Shown here piece by piece: positions 61,321 through 64,000 of a DNA stretch of 64,000 nt. Each line of letters begins with the position of its first letter. The first letter of the stretch is position 1. The translations under genes and the position numbers were made by a program. The stretch lies in NCBI RefSeq assembly GCF_006345805.1, contig NC_043019.1, positions 14,879,360-14,943,359 on the forward strand, read 5' to 3'. This stretch comes from Octopus sinensis (Eukaryota). The notes beneath the pieces are model-generated. The model was not told the DNA's origin. It saw nothing but the letters and a program-made list of their open reading frames with translations, and searched no databases.

Positions 61321-64000
61321 GAGAGGCAGTTGTGAGAATATAGTAGTGTGATGGAAAAGATGAGAGTTGGAGCTCGAGAAGATATGAGAGAGGGAGAGGA
61401 GGAGGGATTAGTAATAGAGAAGAGATACGAGAGAAAAAGAGAGTTGTGGTATGAGGAGAGAGAGAGAGAGATTAGAGTGGAAGAAAGGAACATTTATAAA
61501 AGACAAAAGTGTAAAGTGTAAGTCTAGAATATTGATTTCAAATTTTGGCACAAGGCCAGCAATATCGGGGGACGGGGTAAGTAGATTACATCGACCCCAG
61601 TGTTCAACAGGTAATTATTTTATCGACCCGCAAAGGATGAAGGACAAAGTCGACCTCGGTGGAATTTGAACCCGGAACGTAGCGACAGACGAGATGCCGC
61701 TAAGCGTTTTGCCTGGTTTGCTAACGATTCCGCCACCTTAACAATCAATAATCCTTTCGACTATAAGCACAAAGCCTGAAATTTTGGCGGGGCTCGGGGT
61801 GGGCTTGTACTTATTTTATCCGGGACAAAAGGCAAAGTCGACCTCGGTGGAATTTGAATTCGGAACGTACAGTTGGACGAAATATCGTTAAGTGTTTTGC
61901 TCGGCGTGCTTAACGATTCTGCCAGCTCGCCGCCCTAAGTGCGAATAAAGAATATTGCAAAGCAGTAATGGAAGGGAGTTAGCAGAAAAATAGAGAAGGG
62001 TGGGAGGTACTAGAAGTTTTAGAGAGGAGGATTGGTGAGAGTATGAAGGCTGTAAGAAGGAGAGAGATTAAAATGGAGAGAGAGACTAAAATGGGGAGAG
62101 AGAGAGAGAGAGAGTGTATGTCTTTAAAAGGAAAGAATTAAGACGCATACAGGCGTACGACTATCTCTCTCTCTCGGAAATTGAACTCACTTCCTCTAGT
62201 CGAAGGACAAGCATTCTTAAACGCAAGACGATGTAATAACGATGTAATATTTTTATAATTTGGGAAGGGGGGGGTAACGTAAAAATACGTCACGTGATAA
62301 TGTAATAATGTAAATATTTAAAATGTAATTACGAAAATATTCTACTTTATTTTATTGTATTTCATTCCGTTTCTTTGGAAAATTCGAAGACTTTCTGTTT
62401 ATAAATAAAGGGCAAATGACCATAGGATTGTACCTAGAAAGCTATCCTTCGAAACAAGTCCGGGCAAGGTGGTTTTATGGAAGACCAGCAGTCGTCCATG
62501 GATACCACGCCACTGATGTTATCCAAGGGAAAGGCAAAGGGGCCGATACAGCTTGGCACCAGTGACGTCGCAACTCATTTCTACAGATGAGTGAACTGGA
62601 GCAACGTGAAATAAAGTGTCTTGCTCAAGAACACAACACAGAGCTCGGTCCGGGAATCGAACTCACTATCTCATGATTGTGAGCCTGACACTAATCACTG
62701 AGCCATGTATAAATTATTGGTTCTTACGTACGTTTTACCGTTCCGGTTATTTGAAGTTCAATACCATTGGACGTTTCAACTACAGATGCTTAACCGCAAT
62801 TGGATCGTCAGGGAACGTTTTATTGGATTCTATTACATTCTGCGCTCATCAATTCTTCCCTACATATGGTCTGTATAACTAGTAACAGTGCTAAGTACAG
62901 TAGCAGATTAACCACTATACTGGAAGCTATCCGGATAATGAGAATCTACGTGGAGCTCTAACTCAAATAGTGGTAGTTGCACATTTAACTGCATACAAGA
63001 TATAAATGTACTTGCGGGTTTTCTCTGCATACTGTTGAAAATGACCTCACTTTAGGTATGCATTCTCACACTGGGTGAAATGATAAGAGAATCCAGTGAA
63101 CGATTTATTTAAACAATCACCTGAGGAAGCGCATTGCACATCATGGATGCATGATAATGCTTACACAACATCTCACCAATGTACTAACGGTGTAAAATGT
63201 GTTGAAACAATTGTAGTGTTTTCACATAAGGAATGTCGTTCATTCTGTTTTCTATTATTTATCAATTTATATAAACTCTATACAAACTTAGTCTTTCACC
63301 TCCAATCACGCCTCTCACTCACATCATTATATCTCTATTCTCTATTTACATTTCCCCCAATCAAAATCTGTCGCCACCTCTCAATCTTACAACTTCTTCA
63401 TGTTTTCTATAATTCCCTCGTCCTTTAAACTTCATTTTCTGCTAGAAGACGTTTCTGCTGTAAGATGCAGTGCGCTCAGAGCTGAGCGCTTGTGCATCGT
63501 CAACTTTACAGCTTCCTCAGAGCTTCTAAAATGAAGTTCAAGTTTATTTGGGAAAACATTTATATATATATATCTAACTTCTTTACCACACATCCACACC
63601 TGCACCTAGTGAAAAGATCACCGACAAAAATATGCACAAGTACTAAACGTCGAGTGCATTGCAACTCATAGCAGAAACAGCTGCAAGCCATTGAGATTCA
63701 TGACACAATTTCTTGTTCCTTTGTTATTTAATTTAATATATACGCTCTATACTCGACAAACGCTTAATTTTGAAGCATATGTATACTAAGTTCTAATATC
63801 AGGTTATTGGTATCGCTTAGCTAGTTCCAAGTCACATCTATCATCTACTTAGCCTCCGCAATTAAGCAACAAGTCAAAACCCGCCCGCCCTCTCTGCATC
63901 GGTTTCACCTTCCTTCGGCCAACGTTTATAAATTCCAAGTTGTCACCAACCTCCTGTAATTAACGTTTCGTCGGCTTTCAATATACATACATATCTTTGT

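Overview
Repeat-dense, microsatellite-rich eukaryotic DNA. The SINE families and composition point to a cephalopod, most likely Octopus (inference). The only securely identified gene is a minus-strand secreted cystine-knot ligand of the Trunk/PTTH family. Its coding sequence lies in one exon (CDS 28445-27180, 421 aa) and contains an unusual acidic block followed by a basic block, with a predicted 3'UTR of about 3.6 kb. About 14.5 kb upstream on the same strand lies a 3.3 kb trinucleotide-rich, His/Asn/Thr-rich coding-like region (46279-42932) with frame-preserving 8/13/14-aa repeats. Its three open segments can be joined by canonical phase-0 GT-AG introns, and its final donor is in phase with the trunk-exon acceptor. 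This suggests either a separate orphan gene or a single transcription unit able to make a ~1300-1400 aa chimeric Trunk precursor; neither can be proven from sequence alone. The rest is transposon debris: two full-length defective mariners, a maT/DD37D transposase, Gypsy RT, Tx1/L1, RTE and R4-type LINE fragments, hAT MITEs and three SINE families. There are also several Penelope-type hammerhead ribozyme motifs, two with intact cores, and long fold-back hairpins. Most ORFs in the supplied track are microsatellite artefacts. Coordinates of degenerate repeats are approximate.
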